From Phoronis australis (lineage: Eukaryota > Animalia > Phoronida), in contig NMRA01000302.1 of assembly GCA_002633005.1 (NCBI GenBank), positions 319,760 to 383,759 on the forward strand: DNA of 64,000 bases. Direction: 5' to 3'. Numbering within the stretch: position 1 is the stretch's first letter; every line of letters starts with the position of its first letter. Below, one piece after another: positions 25,626 through 38,000 of this stretch. A model generated the notes under the pieces. That model saw nothing but the letters and a program-made list of their open reading frames with translations, was not told the DNA's origin and ran no database searches. Position numbers and translations under genes: made by a program.

Positions 25626-26254
25626 TATCTGATTGAGTATCAAAATAGTAGTATAGTAAGTTGTTTAGGCGCCCCATTTTATGAGAGTCCTCGTTCAAAG
25701 GTCATAAGTCCGAAATGAAACGTCAACGGTCACGGGTGATAGATGCAACCTAAAGAACCATCATCCGCCTACCGAACGGAAGTGTCAATGACGTCACACC
25801 TCATTACGTAATAGGTTTAATTGGACCCGTTAGAGTGGGACATCGATCCAAGGTCAAGATCATGCGTGTAACCGAAAAACGTCGGTAAACCCGGGAAGGA
25901 TGACGAGGTTGAATTGGAAATCACGTGACTGCTGACGTGATCAAGTAAGTTAGGGCGTGGCACCGTCCGCCATCCGGATGTTCTGACACGAAAAAGATGA
26001 CGTTGGGTTTGTTCAACTGATCGAAAATGGAGCCTCCACGGTAGGAGTTACTTTCATCAATTTTGTATGAGTTATAAGAATAACAATTATGGAAACTAGT
26101 TCAAAGGTGGTAAACTGAAACGTCAACGGTCACGTGTGATGGATGCAACCGAAAGGACCATAATGCGCCTACCGGACGGAAATGTCAATGACGTCCTACG
26201 CCTTTCATTCGCAATGAGACAAAAGGGAAGGATACAACGTAAGGTTGATGGTAA

Positions 26255-26597
26255 ATTAAGACGAGTGAACTACGATCCAAGGCACCCAGGAGGTTTTGGA
26301 GGAATAGACTCCACTCAACAAGGCCTGAAAGGCAAATCGTAGAAATGATTGTGAAAAAATGGCTCAGTAACCAAGACACTTACCTGTAAGTTCGGCACAA
26401 ACCTCTGGTTAGAAATTTTAGGAGACGACATGTTGTTGTGTATACACTGACCAACAGTTTCAGGCGGACTTTGTAGACGTGTTCAAGTTGGCAAAATTTA
26501 ATGACGGTCACAGGTACATTCTTACCTGTATAGACGTACTCATTAGGTGTTCCACTCAGAGATAAGACGGGAAAAAGTTTAGTTGAAGCTTTTAAAT
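26255..26597 (+). pseudogene. Polinton/Maverick integrase (rve) N-terminal remnant
   Basis: YDPRHPGGFGG, KKWLSNQDTY, HKP, RRRHVVV, DQQFQADFVD, NDGHRYILTCIDVL, PLRDKTGKSLVEAF; frameshifts and stops. Confidence 0.85.
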
Positions 26598-27640
26598 TTT
26601 TTGTCTCTGGTTTGGGTGACGAATACGTGGACTTGGCAAACGCGGAATTTTACGTCAGGGCAAATATAGCCAATGCAGATGGATCGGATATCGCTGCGGA
26701 TGTCGACTGTGCCCCAACCAACGTGTGGCTACATTCGATGTTCAGTAAAGTCGTTGTCTTACGGGAGGACAAGAACGGACATTTAACTGCATCGCTATAT
26801 GATACAAGGATACTAGCGGTAAATTTGACACCCTAAGCGACGTTGATTTAGGATACAAGACACGTAAAACCCTTGCGGCAGGAAGCGCTACCATTATTTT
26901 AAAAGGGAAACTCCACATGTATTTATGCAATACAGATACCTACTCAACAACGTTGACATAACAATAATATTGGTGCAGAGCAAGAATTCGTTCGCCGTCA
27001 TGTTCCCGACGGCGGCTGCGAGTTTCAAAATCAAGATCAAAGACGCAGCCTACGGCGTGAGGAAAGTGAAACTCAGCCCCACTGTGCAACTAGCACAAAT
27101 GAAGGCCCTCGAGAAAAGCACTGCAAAGTACCCTCTGCGACGCGTCGAATACAAAGTGTTTTCAATCCCCGCCCAACACCTGTCTATGACGCAAGATAAT
27201 TTGTTTTTAGGTCAAATTCCGAAGAGGGTCATCGTGGGCTTTTGTGATACTGGCGCCTATAACGGATCGTATGGCAAGAACCCTTTCAATTTTAAACTTT
27301 GCTGTATCAATCATCTCTTTCTATATATATAAACGTCGACGGGGTGCAAGTTCCTTCTAAACCCCTGAACCGAAATTTTGAGCTTTCACCACCTTGTTTT
27401 CGGCAACGGGGCAGAATTATGGGGACGAAGGACGACATAGGACGTCTGGATTATGCCGGTGGCAACACGCTGTTTGCTTTTGGTCTGACCCCTGGCCTAT
27501 GGAATGGCGGTCACTTTAATCTCATAAAACAAGGAAACCTCCGCTTGGAAGTTGATTTCCCGTCGGCGCTGCCTTCTACTATAAACGCCGTTTGTTATGC
27601 CGAGTTTGAGAACATTGTGGAAATTGACAACTTTCATATC
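26598..27640 (+). pseudogene. Polinton/Maverick (adintovirus-like) major capsid protein remnant
   Basis: GDEYVDL, LHSMFSKV, RKVKLSP, AKYPLRRVE, NLFLGQIPKRVIVG, YNGSYGKNPFNF, GNTLFAFGLTP, GNLRLEVDF, YAEFENIVEID; several frameshifts. Confidence 0.85.
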
Positions 27641-28734
27641 CAATTCTTTGAATTAAAATAATGCTTTGTAACCCTCGACAGCCCTCAAAAGCTTTGGAAA
27701 ACTGGGAAATTCTTTTTGAAGTGTGCAAAATGGATGACTGAACGACAATTGATTGAAATCATCAACTCGGAGTTGAGTATCCTTTAAACACCAGTACAGT
27801 GAGGTTGTGTCTTAACGTCCTGTTTCCTTTTTCAATGATGGGAACATAATCTTTAATGAGTTGCCTTTGTTTCCAGCGTGGTAGCAGTCATCAGTTGTAT
27901 GTATCTGTGGTCATGATTTCACCTGTTCTTTTTGGGAGTTGGCGCAACTTAAAAAGAGCCATTTACAGGAAGCTTGTAGGACATCAAGTTGAAGTAGCCT
28001 TATAACACCCTTTTCATGGAATATGACCGTGCAAAACGCGCCTTCTGAGAAAATCAACCCGTCTATGTCATGTATGAACCCCCCCCCCCTCCCTTTCTAG
28101 GAACGGGTAAAGTCGTTCTTCTTCTAACTGCTTCTCCTGCAAACAATAATACGATAAAACGGAAATGTTTAAATTGTTAGACACGATAGAAGACCACTCC
28201 CTCTCCTACTATTGAGTCACTAGACGAAGCACGCGCTGCTAGAGTGACTCCAAAAGAACATTCCGTGGGTACTCGCTTCCCTCCCCAACCACCAAACACT
28301 CCCTGAACCCTTCAACAGAACAGCTTCTTATCGGCATGGCAGCGAAATAGCGCGTGCACCTAAACTTTACAGTAAAAAAATTACCTAAAGTTTTTTTCTA
28401 ACAACAACTTCGTTTAATCTTTAAAAGGTTTAAGTTGTGTACCGGTTATCTTGCTAAATCTTGTTAGTTTTGTTTCTTCAACATCAGTGTTTATCAAAGT
28501 GATTACTTTGAAATGAAGGAATCTCCCTCAAGGGGAGACGAGGACACAGTTTCCCAGATAGGTAGTCTTCCACTACATTTTGGAGTGCGTGAAACGTTTG
28601 ACTTGTTTGCAAATTTTACGTAATTCTGTATGAAGACATTCCCCAGAAGAAACTTTCACGTGAAACATCCACTTCAAAAGTTTTGCTGGATTAGTGTAGT
28701 GTCAAAAGAGGTCGGCTCAAGCAAATTGAGACTG

Positions 28735-28740
28735 TTTATT
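28735..28740 (-). terminator. Putative polyadenylation signal AATAAA of paralog B
   Basis: Conserved with 1061-1066, ~125 nt after the stop. Confidence 0.5.
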
Positions 28741-28863
28741 GTCTATTTTGTGTTACACGTTTTGCTATGCACTTGTTGTTTACTTGGTTTTTTGTCAATG
28801 ACCACAAAACTTTACTTGTATTCAGACTCGACTCGAAAGTTCGTGACTTCCCTGATATGTGCA

Positions 28864-29027
28864 TTAATGGAAAAATATCGTTGCGGCCAAAGTCAAAGCA
28901 AGCATTGCTGGTCTGGTCATCTTTGCCTTGGAGCCTACGTTCTCTATACTTGCGTCCATTTCTTGGAAGTCGGCGTAGTGTTCCGCTTCCTTTTCCGCGT
29001 CTACCACAAACTTTCCTTCGACTTTCT
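28864..29027 (-). CDS. Paralog B exon 9, stalk plus probable GPI signal (...[27 protein letters not shown])
   Basis: 164 nt to TAA, as in A. Confidence 0.82.
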
Positions 29028-32000
29028 CTGAAAACATTTGAACAAGACTTGTGTTTCAAAAAATGGTGAAAATGAATGTTGCACTTGTAGATGAGCACTA
29101 AATGTCCTTTGTTACGTAATAGTCAAGTTAGTGCGAACCATGTTTGTGCTAAAAACGCCAGGGGCCCGTTCCAAGAGACTGACTTAAGTTCATTTTTGAC
29201 TTAAGTCTAAGATTTGGCTCAACTTCCAAACTTTGAAACTTCTCCACCCACTAAGATAGTCAAAATTAAGAGAAAACTAAAGTTAAAAAATTAAGTCAAA
29301 CTTATGATCTCTTTCTTGAAACAGATTTGAGATAATTTGAAGTTTTGTTTTGAAATTGACGGAAATTTAAGATTTGTCTTAGCTAAATCATTTTTCTTGG
29401 AACAGGCCCCAGCTCTTGATTTGTACAGCTTCTCGTTGTAAAGGTAGTCCAAGTCAGGCCGCTAATCATATTGAGTTCTGAGCTCTGTCGGGAAGCAATA
29501 ACGGTTCCCTTTTTGGTTTTGGCCATTGGTCGACCGTCGACTGCAGTATTGCCACTACATCAGGAACACGAGGCTATATCCGAAATAATGGCTTTTTCGC
29601 GGCCTCTTTTTACCCAAGTGCTTAGCATGTATTATTGGTGCGTCTGCCTACGTTTCGCATATAAGTCCAGGTGATGTCCCTTCTACAGGTCCATACATTA
29701 ATTCGCATATAGGCGCAGACGTTTTCTATTTAATAAATTGACTTGCTTTTCATGAACAACTTTGGCTCATGGACTTATATCCGAAATGATGACCACCTAG
29801 TTTTGCCCAAGTAGTTCAGATATTGGCGCGTGCGCCAAAGTTCGCATATTAGCACAGTTCCGCACAGACCCCCATGGACCTGATGACGCGGCAATACAAT
29901 AAACCGATTCGCTGAGCCAAGTTGATGTCAATTCAGCTACGTCTTGAGCTTAGCCCAGGGCGTGATAGCGCGACGAACTCTGATCTGAAAGCTCGTGCGT
30001 GCACTACCTGGCAAATGCAGTTGTTCTGTTGAGCAGTACAACTAACGTCCATTGCGACAACCCACTCAATTAAATTATGACACATTTGGGTGGTTCAATT
30101 TTCAATATGTGAACGTAAGTACATGTAGGACATCCGGCGTCACTGTTTGATTGAAGTACAACTTGAAATATCCAAAACAAAAACTGAAAACACGATTTTT
30201 GTTCAAAATTCCAATGGCAAAATGTAAATTGTACATTGAAAATGTGTGACTTGCTCAAAATCCCGTTTTGTGGGGATGCACATACAATTACTTAAAGATA
30301 CGTTTGCCTAAGTTATAGCTGAATAAAATGCGTCAAATCCCGGTCTTATGTTGCAACAAAACAACTTACCACCGAGCTTGAAATTGTTTGAGGTCACTGT
30401 ATTCGATACGAATCCCATGGTGTCATCTGGTACCGTCACTTTGCAACTGTTACAAATGGAAGATAGCTTTAACGACAGTCTATTCTATTGGTATCACAAA
30501 GTATGGTACAAAGTTAGTAGGGAACCAGGGGTAGGGAAAGAAATATGTGTTTGAATTGATTCCAAATAATGAGATTTATGGCACTTTGACATAAATTCTA
30601 TTGTTTGGGAAAATAACATTCTACAGCCGTTCATGCTTCATGTCCATAATCCTAGTTACATGTAGTTCCTACCAAGTCCGATGGTAACGCTGTGTGTTCT
30701 TTCTCTTCAGCTTCCTGTTGGCCCAGCCAAAAGCAACAGTACGTTCACTTGTAAGTTATCCTAATTTGATACCTAGTAGACTCCTTCCTGTTCGGCGTTA
30801 ATTGTCCTGGACAAAAGTTACTTCACGCATTTATTACTTTTAGCCACAGATGGCTTTTCTAACGGCCGATTTCTTTGGATTCTAATGCCCCTCAAACCCA
30901 AACCAATCCCCTCAGTCCCCAATAACGCTTCCTCACTTGGCCCTGGTTCCAAACAACCACTCCCCTGGGTATAAGTGGGATATCATGCGTCTGGTTTTGG
31001 AGGAGACCCAGCGGCGAGGTAGAAAGGTTATCAATGGGTCGGATAGGCAAGGGACCTGCCATGCTGCCAAGGTTGAGTTTGTCCCACGCCTGTTGGGATG
31101 GGTGAGTTGCCGATATCAAATTTCTTGTTGTGGTGTAGCTTTTCGTGTCCGTGTATTGTAACCTAAAGCTATTTTAAGCCTTAACAAGGAGTGAAGCATA
31201 GTTAGGGTCCGGGTACCCATGTAGAATGCGTTAGTGTCAGCGGTTGACAAGTGTGTGACCCAGGCTCCAGAGGTACTGGTGGCCCGGGTTCGAAACAGGC
31301 CTCGGTTTCCCGCCAAAGTGTTATCTCACTAGTGAGATAACTTTATGGGTTATTACACACTTGTATCTGCCATTCGAGGCTAATATTGTGGCATAAAATA
31401 AAGAAACAATAAAAATATACAAAACAATAAAAACTAACCTGTGAAATGAAAAAACTGATAATGATAAATCAAAAATTAGCAAAACGTACATTGTATTTAA
31501 ACGACATTTGACACGATTCGTGGCGATTGGTACCACATGACAGGATTGTTCATCCATGAACAGCCCTGCCCACCACGTTCCTTACAATGTCTCTTTTTAT
31601 CTCTCTGGCTGGTCTGCTCACTCAGCTTGTCCAGAACTTGCTTTGAAGTTTGTTATAGCCCAGTTGGCTGTTTGGTGTACCCACTTGGTACTTTATATAT
31701 TTGCACATTTGGCATTTTGTACCCACTTGGTACTTGTTATTGAATTTGCCGTTTTGCTCGACCCACTTGGCAGGCAATCGGCCAATACCCATTTTGGATT
31801 GTGTACCCATTTGGTACTATGCTAACCTGTGCCACTTAGTATCCCATACTCAATTACACATTGGGTATCGGAAATGTGTGTGTTATCTCTTGTAATTAAG
31901 AAACCCATCTGGTTCCTTCTGTGAAATATTCAATTGTAAAGCTGTGACCCTGAAATTCCAAATACAATCTAAAATATATGTTATTCTTGTTGTTTTATTT

Positions 32001-35000
32001 GTCCCCAATAAAGTACCACTAATGCAGTGCGGCCATATCCAAGAGCAACTAAATGATTTCACTGGCAGTAAAAGGAACAACATCAGAGGCAGTGAACAAC
32101 ACTTTCAGTGATTTAACACGAGGATCAAACACAAACATTTACACCAGAGTCGCGTAATAGTAAAAGTCAGTTAAGGATAACTCTAACCACAAAACATTTT
32201 CCGTTTTTACAATATTTTAAATATGTCCAGCAAAATACTTTTTCATCTTCATTCTCGGGGAACTTCAAATACGAAATATATACATGTACCTTGTACAGAG
32301 AAACAATATTCTGCAGATTTTAAAAAACGCTGTGAGGATTTTCAATATGAAGGCCTAGTTTTTGGGTAATGTAACAAAGACGTATACGACTGCTATTTTA
32401 CAGCAATATCTTACGTTTTGCGAGTTGATTTGTCATAGAAACCAATTTAAAAGACCAATCAAGAAACTGGTGAAACTTTTGTTTGAAAGAGATTTCATAA
32501 AACTCCACCGACTGGTCATTTTGCTATGAATGTTCCCCACTAAAAAAGAAATTGTGACTCAAATAAGATGTTGATGTAATAGCAATAAGATTATAAATAC
32601 TTTGACTAGTTGACGATGCCTGTTATTCTGATGAGCAAGTTAGAATGGAGGCCACTAAATAAGGTTTTATATAATCTTACAAAGAAATTTACAAGGTCCC
32701 CATCAATCTAAACAACAATATTCTCTAAATTGTTGTTTATATTTATTATTATAAATGCCGTATTCTTAACATTAACCGAATTTCCCCTCGCTATGCGCAG
32801 TTACTTACATATTTAAGTGCCGCGGTGTTGTAACGCCATGTTGTAACCGAAAATACAAACACCCCCATTTTTGTTTGTTATACATCTGTGACGTAGTGTA
32901 GAAAAAGAATAAATATAGCATCAGATGAGCATAGAAGTATGGATGAAGAGTAGTTTGAACGGTACAGGGATGATTAAGCGGACTATTCGTATGATTCCGA
33001 CCGTTCAAATATCGAGGAGGAGACGAGAGACTCAATAAGAACGATTACTGTTCACAGACAGCTGTTCTTCCTCGACCCCCGGCCCTTTCAGCCCCAGCTG
33101 GTTTGTCGAGTGGGGCGGACCTACTTAGGCAGAGGGTACGCAAGAGTTACGACAGGACGTTAGTGACTGATAAGAATATTGTTTAGCAGGTGGAGTAGGT
33201 TTAAAAAAATATTTTGGTGTTTAATATATAGGCGGCCCTTCAGTGACAACACTGCTATTCATAAGGGTTCGCCCGATCGGTATTGTCTGTTTTGATTAGT
33301 GGTAAGTGGGTGCCGATAGGGTTCAGGTTGGAAGTACAGGCCTCACGACTTGTGACCAAAAAGTCGTAATGTTCTAAAACCACTCGACCCCACACCCAAC
33401 AATCCCCTGAATCCACGAACCCTTTTACCGGCCCACTACCCCCACAACCCCCCTTGACCCACGACCTGCGGCCACTTCCTACACGCAGATCAGCTCTGGC
33501 TCTAGTCTGGTGGTTCAAAACAGAGAGTGACGAAAGAGCATGATCTGATACAGCGGACTATGAGCGTGCTATCGTTGTCATGGAAATAATCCACGAGCGC
33601 CTACAAATGGCTCCGCTCTACTAAATTTAGGGAGAGAGTACATTATCCTGAATGCACATATGTTTATATTTCCAGGTGAATTATTTCTAAGTGTCCGACG
33701 AAATTTTAATCTTTTGAATGGTTCATTGTTTTACCTTGCATATATACTGAATTTTTTATAATTTTAATATGGAATAAAACTTAACTAGTTATTTCACATC
33801 ACAGATAACCGGCGCGGGTACACTTGGCATATATATAACCTCATATACATATAACAACAATCCAAAGCGCATGGCAACAAGATATGGCCGCGATGCAAAT
33901 ATGGGATAAATAGGTTATCCTACAAACATAGCAATACTGCTGCGACATAACAGTATCTCGAACTCATTTCATCTTGTAATGTCCTAACAAGATCGAATAT
34001 GAAATGAATTTTGGAGTAGTATGTACGTGGAATAAGCTATGCATCATGGCGAATGTTCTCGAAGCACAGTTTCCTCAAAGGTACCTTAACTTGTCTTTCG
34101 ATGTAAACTTGCTCATAACTAATAAATCAGCTTTCCCTGTAATTCGTCCAGTGCTCGGGTCATAGGATAGCCTCGTTGTTAGCTGAAATTTCCGGGATTG
34201 CGTGGGTCCCACTTTAGTGAATGTGATCATGACCATCCGTAAAGCTGGAAAATATAAGACATTTGTTGGTGCAATACAAATCAGAAGGTTACTTTTTGGT
34301 AGCCGCGTTGACATCGGTGAAAGCTTACAAAAGTCTTTTAAGCATAAATTACGTATTCCTAAAGCAGTCGTTGTTTGGATACGTTAGAAAGACGACTCAT
34401 AAGTATTGCCATTTCAACAGTAGTTGGGAGATACGCAGTAGGAAGACAAAGTTTAAAGTTTGCCATATCGTAAGCTTTTAACTCCATGAAACTGGATATA
34501 ACAGAAGACAAAGTTCAAGTCATTGTTGCTTGACCTTTCTCATGACCAGATTGATCAGTCACTGCTCGGTACTCCGACACATTGCAGTGTTTGTTGAAAA
34601 GCAGATTAAACCATCACTTATATTTGGCGTGGACACAGATTTGCTACTGAGACAAGTACGAGACAAATTACTTTGTTATTTAGATTGTTACGAGTGATGA
34701 AGGGTGTTCAGAGAAAATGATATGAGTTAAATTCGTCACGGTTTTGAAGCACATTGATTGCATTAAATTTATTTATTTTCCACCTGATTTGTGGTTAAAA
34801 TATTTGTACTCTCTCAACAGGATAGCGTTCAATAACGCTGATACCGCACAAAAAAGCAAGTTCTCGCGAGATTCCGCGAGATATTGCCCTGTATTTTAAA
34901 TGAGACTATTTGTTTTTGTCTAAATTTTTCTCGACGCGAGACAGTTATTGAACTCTATCCAAGTCGTGGGAATAAATGGAATACCACAATTCTCTTCCCT

Positions 35001-38000
35001 GTGATGCGCACGTATATTCGTAAATAGGTCAACAGTATTGTTCAGTATGGCGGAAAATACCTTCCTCTGTCGAGACAAATCCGATCAGAGCGCTACATGA
35101 AATGGGGACCGTCGATCCGTATTCCAATGTTTTGCCGTTGATGCCGTCGAGTTGCATTCTTTTCGGTGCCACTGCAATGTAACAATATCGTGTTTAGCGA
35201 TAAGTGTTACAGCCGGAATTGGCTATAGCTAATCTATGGGGATTAGCTCCCTGAAGCAATGTACATGTAAGCTTAGCATATCCTTGCAACAATATCTTAG
35301 ACGAACTTGACAAATTATATGAATTTAACTACACAATTTTGAACTCATGAGAAACCAACATTTAACCACACGCTCAAACATACGAAAACCAGTTTTCAAA
35401 GCTAACAGAGAGCAATGCAAGAATCTGGTGTCTTCATTTCTTAGCTCTTCCAAACTCTTGATATATAGGACGTACGACTTGGACAATTGCAATTTGCCGA
35501 TAGTTTTCAATCAATGCAAGATGACTAGATTTGCCCTGACGTTATCTAATCGGTTGTGTGATGGTGTGACTTAATTCTGTTGGAAGCGAAAGTCGTCTTT
35601 CTTTGATTGCTTATTCAAAATGTGCTCAAGTAAAGTGTCTTTGAATTTTTATTATGTTTGCAGCCTAATCTAGGCTCGCACTTGATGGCTCTCAACCTAA
35701 ATTTACAAATTCAAAATGAAGTCGAAATTTTGAAGTATGACCTTAACTTTATCAAGTGCAGACTAGTTCTCATGTGTACAGGCCACAACATGCTAATCCA
35801 AAGAAAAGACATCGTCAGTTCATGCTAAAGTAAAAAAAATCTGGAGAGATTCGAGTTCGCCTTCAAGCTTGGAAGTTTTGCAAAAAAGTAGGAATTTTTG
35901 AAAAAAACTGCTACACGTGACTTTTCCTGAGTGAGATGGGGCGCATCAACTGTTCGATAACGACATTATCAGATTATAGTCTAAAAGCTAGTCCTCGGAC
36001 TGGAGTTAGAACTAAAAAATTATGATTATAGACCGCCTGGACTTGTGATACAGTGCATTGAGAGTGACGTACATGTAGATAACTAACCAATCCAGGGTCG
36101 TATTTCGCGACTCCAACATCACAGCTACGAATTTCTTTGAACGTAATTGTCGAGCTTCAAAACAAGCGAGTAAAATTTGACAATAATGCGGAATTTTTGA
36201 TAACTGACAAATTCTGACGGCAACTGAATTCCAGGGGATCGGGCAACTTCACCTTAAATGCGCTAAGTTCACCCTTGCGGAAACGATTTTAAGAGGTACA
36301 AAACACTAACTACAGAGACATTTAGAAGTTGATGGCAATGGGGGGAGCAATGCGTGAATTTCGAGACTTTCTTATCTTACAGCTACATGTCAAATAAAAT
36401 TGAGGTCGATTTTTAATGTCTCAAAAGCTAGTCTCATAGCTTGTATCTACTGTGCGCGGGCAGTCAAGCCCTTACTTCACTAATCCGCAACTGCAAAACC
36501 ATGCTGCACGTCTTCCGTTCATTCGTGAAGCGGATACAAAGCAACTTTTGATCAAGACCGCTTACTGTTATGGAATTGGTCTCGGATTGTTTCTTATACA
36601 AATTGCAATCAATTTTTGTCCTTCGAAACAACTTCGTTTTTGATGCAATTCAGGCCCTACAAGTAGGCCTGTCAACGCTCGTCTCTTTTTTACGCGTCGA
36701 GTATCATCGCAAGCGATTCCCTTGCCACCTGGGCAGGATTAAGTTGAGACCAATGCTATTTCATTGGGTGATCTACAGTAGATCGAACTTCGCCTCTTGC
36801 CGGAACTTATCAAATTTTGAATGGTTTTCGCGTTCGATATAAGAAATTGAATTTAAGGCCCTGGTTGCTTTCTTCAAGAACTCACAAAAACGTCCGTTCT
36901 TGCCAACAGGGGGCGGTGGGTTCTTGGTGCGTTCCGGTGGAGAATGTGGAGGTTTTGTTGTTTTGAGTGTCTCGATTACACCCTGGCGAACACCACACAA
37001 GTTTGAGCGCAATTTGAATCCGTAGCCTCCCTTTAAGTGTTCCTCGGCTACACATCTAAATGGAAAAATATTTCAATGATGAAAAAGTTGACAAAAAACG
37101 ACCCTAAAAATTTGATCAGTAAAGAAGAAAAATAGTAAATCTGTGACAAACAAAATGAAGAGCAAGTTGTTAGTTCCGGGCATTCTTGACAGCGGGGAAG
37201 CCGTGGTAAAATATGCAGGAACAGATATTCATTGTATCTGCTCTCTTGATTAAAACACGACTGCACTCAGATAGCTTCACAACGCTTGTTCGCATTCTTA
37301 GAACAGTTTGCAATCATCAGGGTTGGGTTGCATAAAACTTTAAAACGATGCGCTGGATAAGTTTGATTGTTGCTATTCGGCGTATAACTTTCATGCAAGT
37401 GGGCCCAGGTGTACAGTTACAAAGTAAATAGAGAATCCTACACAAGTCTTATGTTATGACATGGGCAAAACCTCTTGGAAATCCCGAAGCTTTCCGAGGG
37501 ACTTTGACGAAATTTCCAACAGATTTTGCCTATGTCATAACCTGAGACGAGTGTAGGATTTGTTTTCTCACATGAACCGTAAAAACAATATCTTTTGCTG
37601 AAAAACTCGACGTGTCTAAAACTTTCAATCACCAACTTTTGTAAAAACACGCTTACGCAATGTAAAGTGACTCAGTTACTTTTTGTTAATATTTTTAGTT
37701 TAAGCTTAACATTTGTAAATTGCATTCAGCTTTAGTAGCAAGTATACTAAAGTTAGAATCTAATAAATAATCTTTAAAGTCGTAATATTAAAACTTAAAA
37801 GATATTTATAAATAACAATCGGGAAGGCTTGCTCGTGCGTGAACACTGCATTAACCTTAAAACTGCACAGCTACAACCGATTTCATAAGGGTGGTTTTAA
37901 AGTTAAACCTGGTTTAAACTGGATAACCCGCACTTCATGAAGGAGGTTTAACTCTTAGAGCAGTGGTCTAGTAAAACGTGGTTTAATTCCAGGTTAGACC

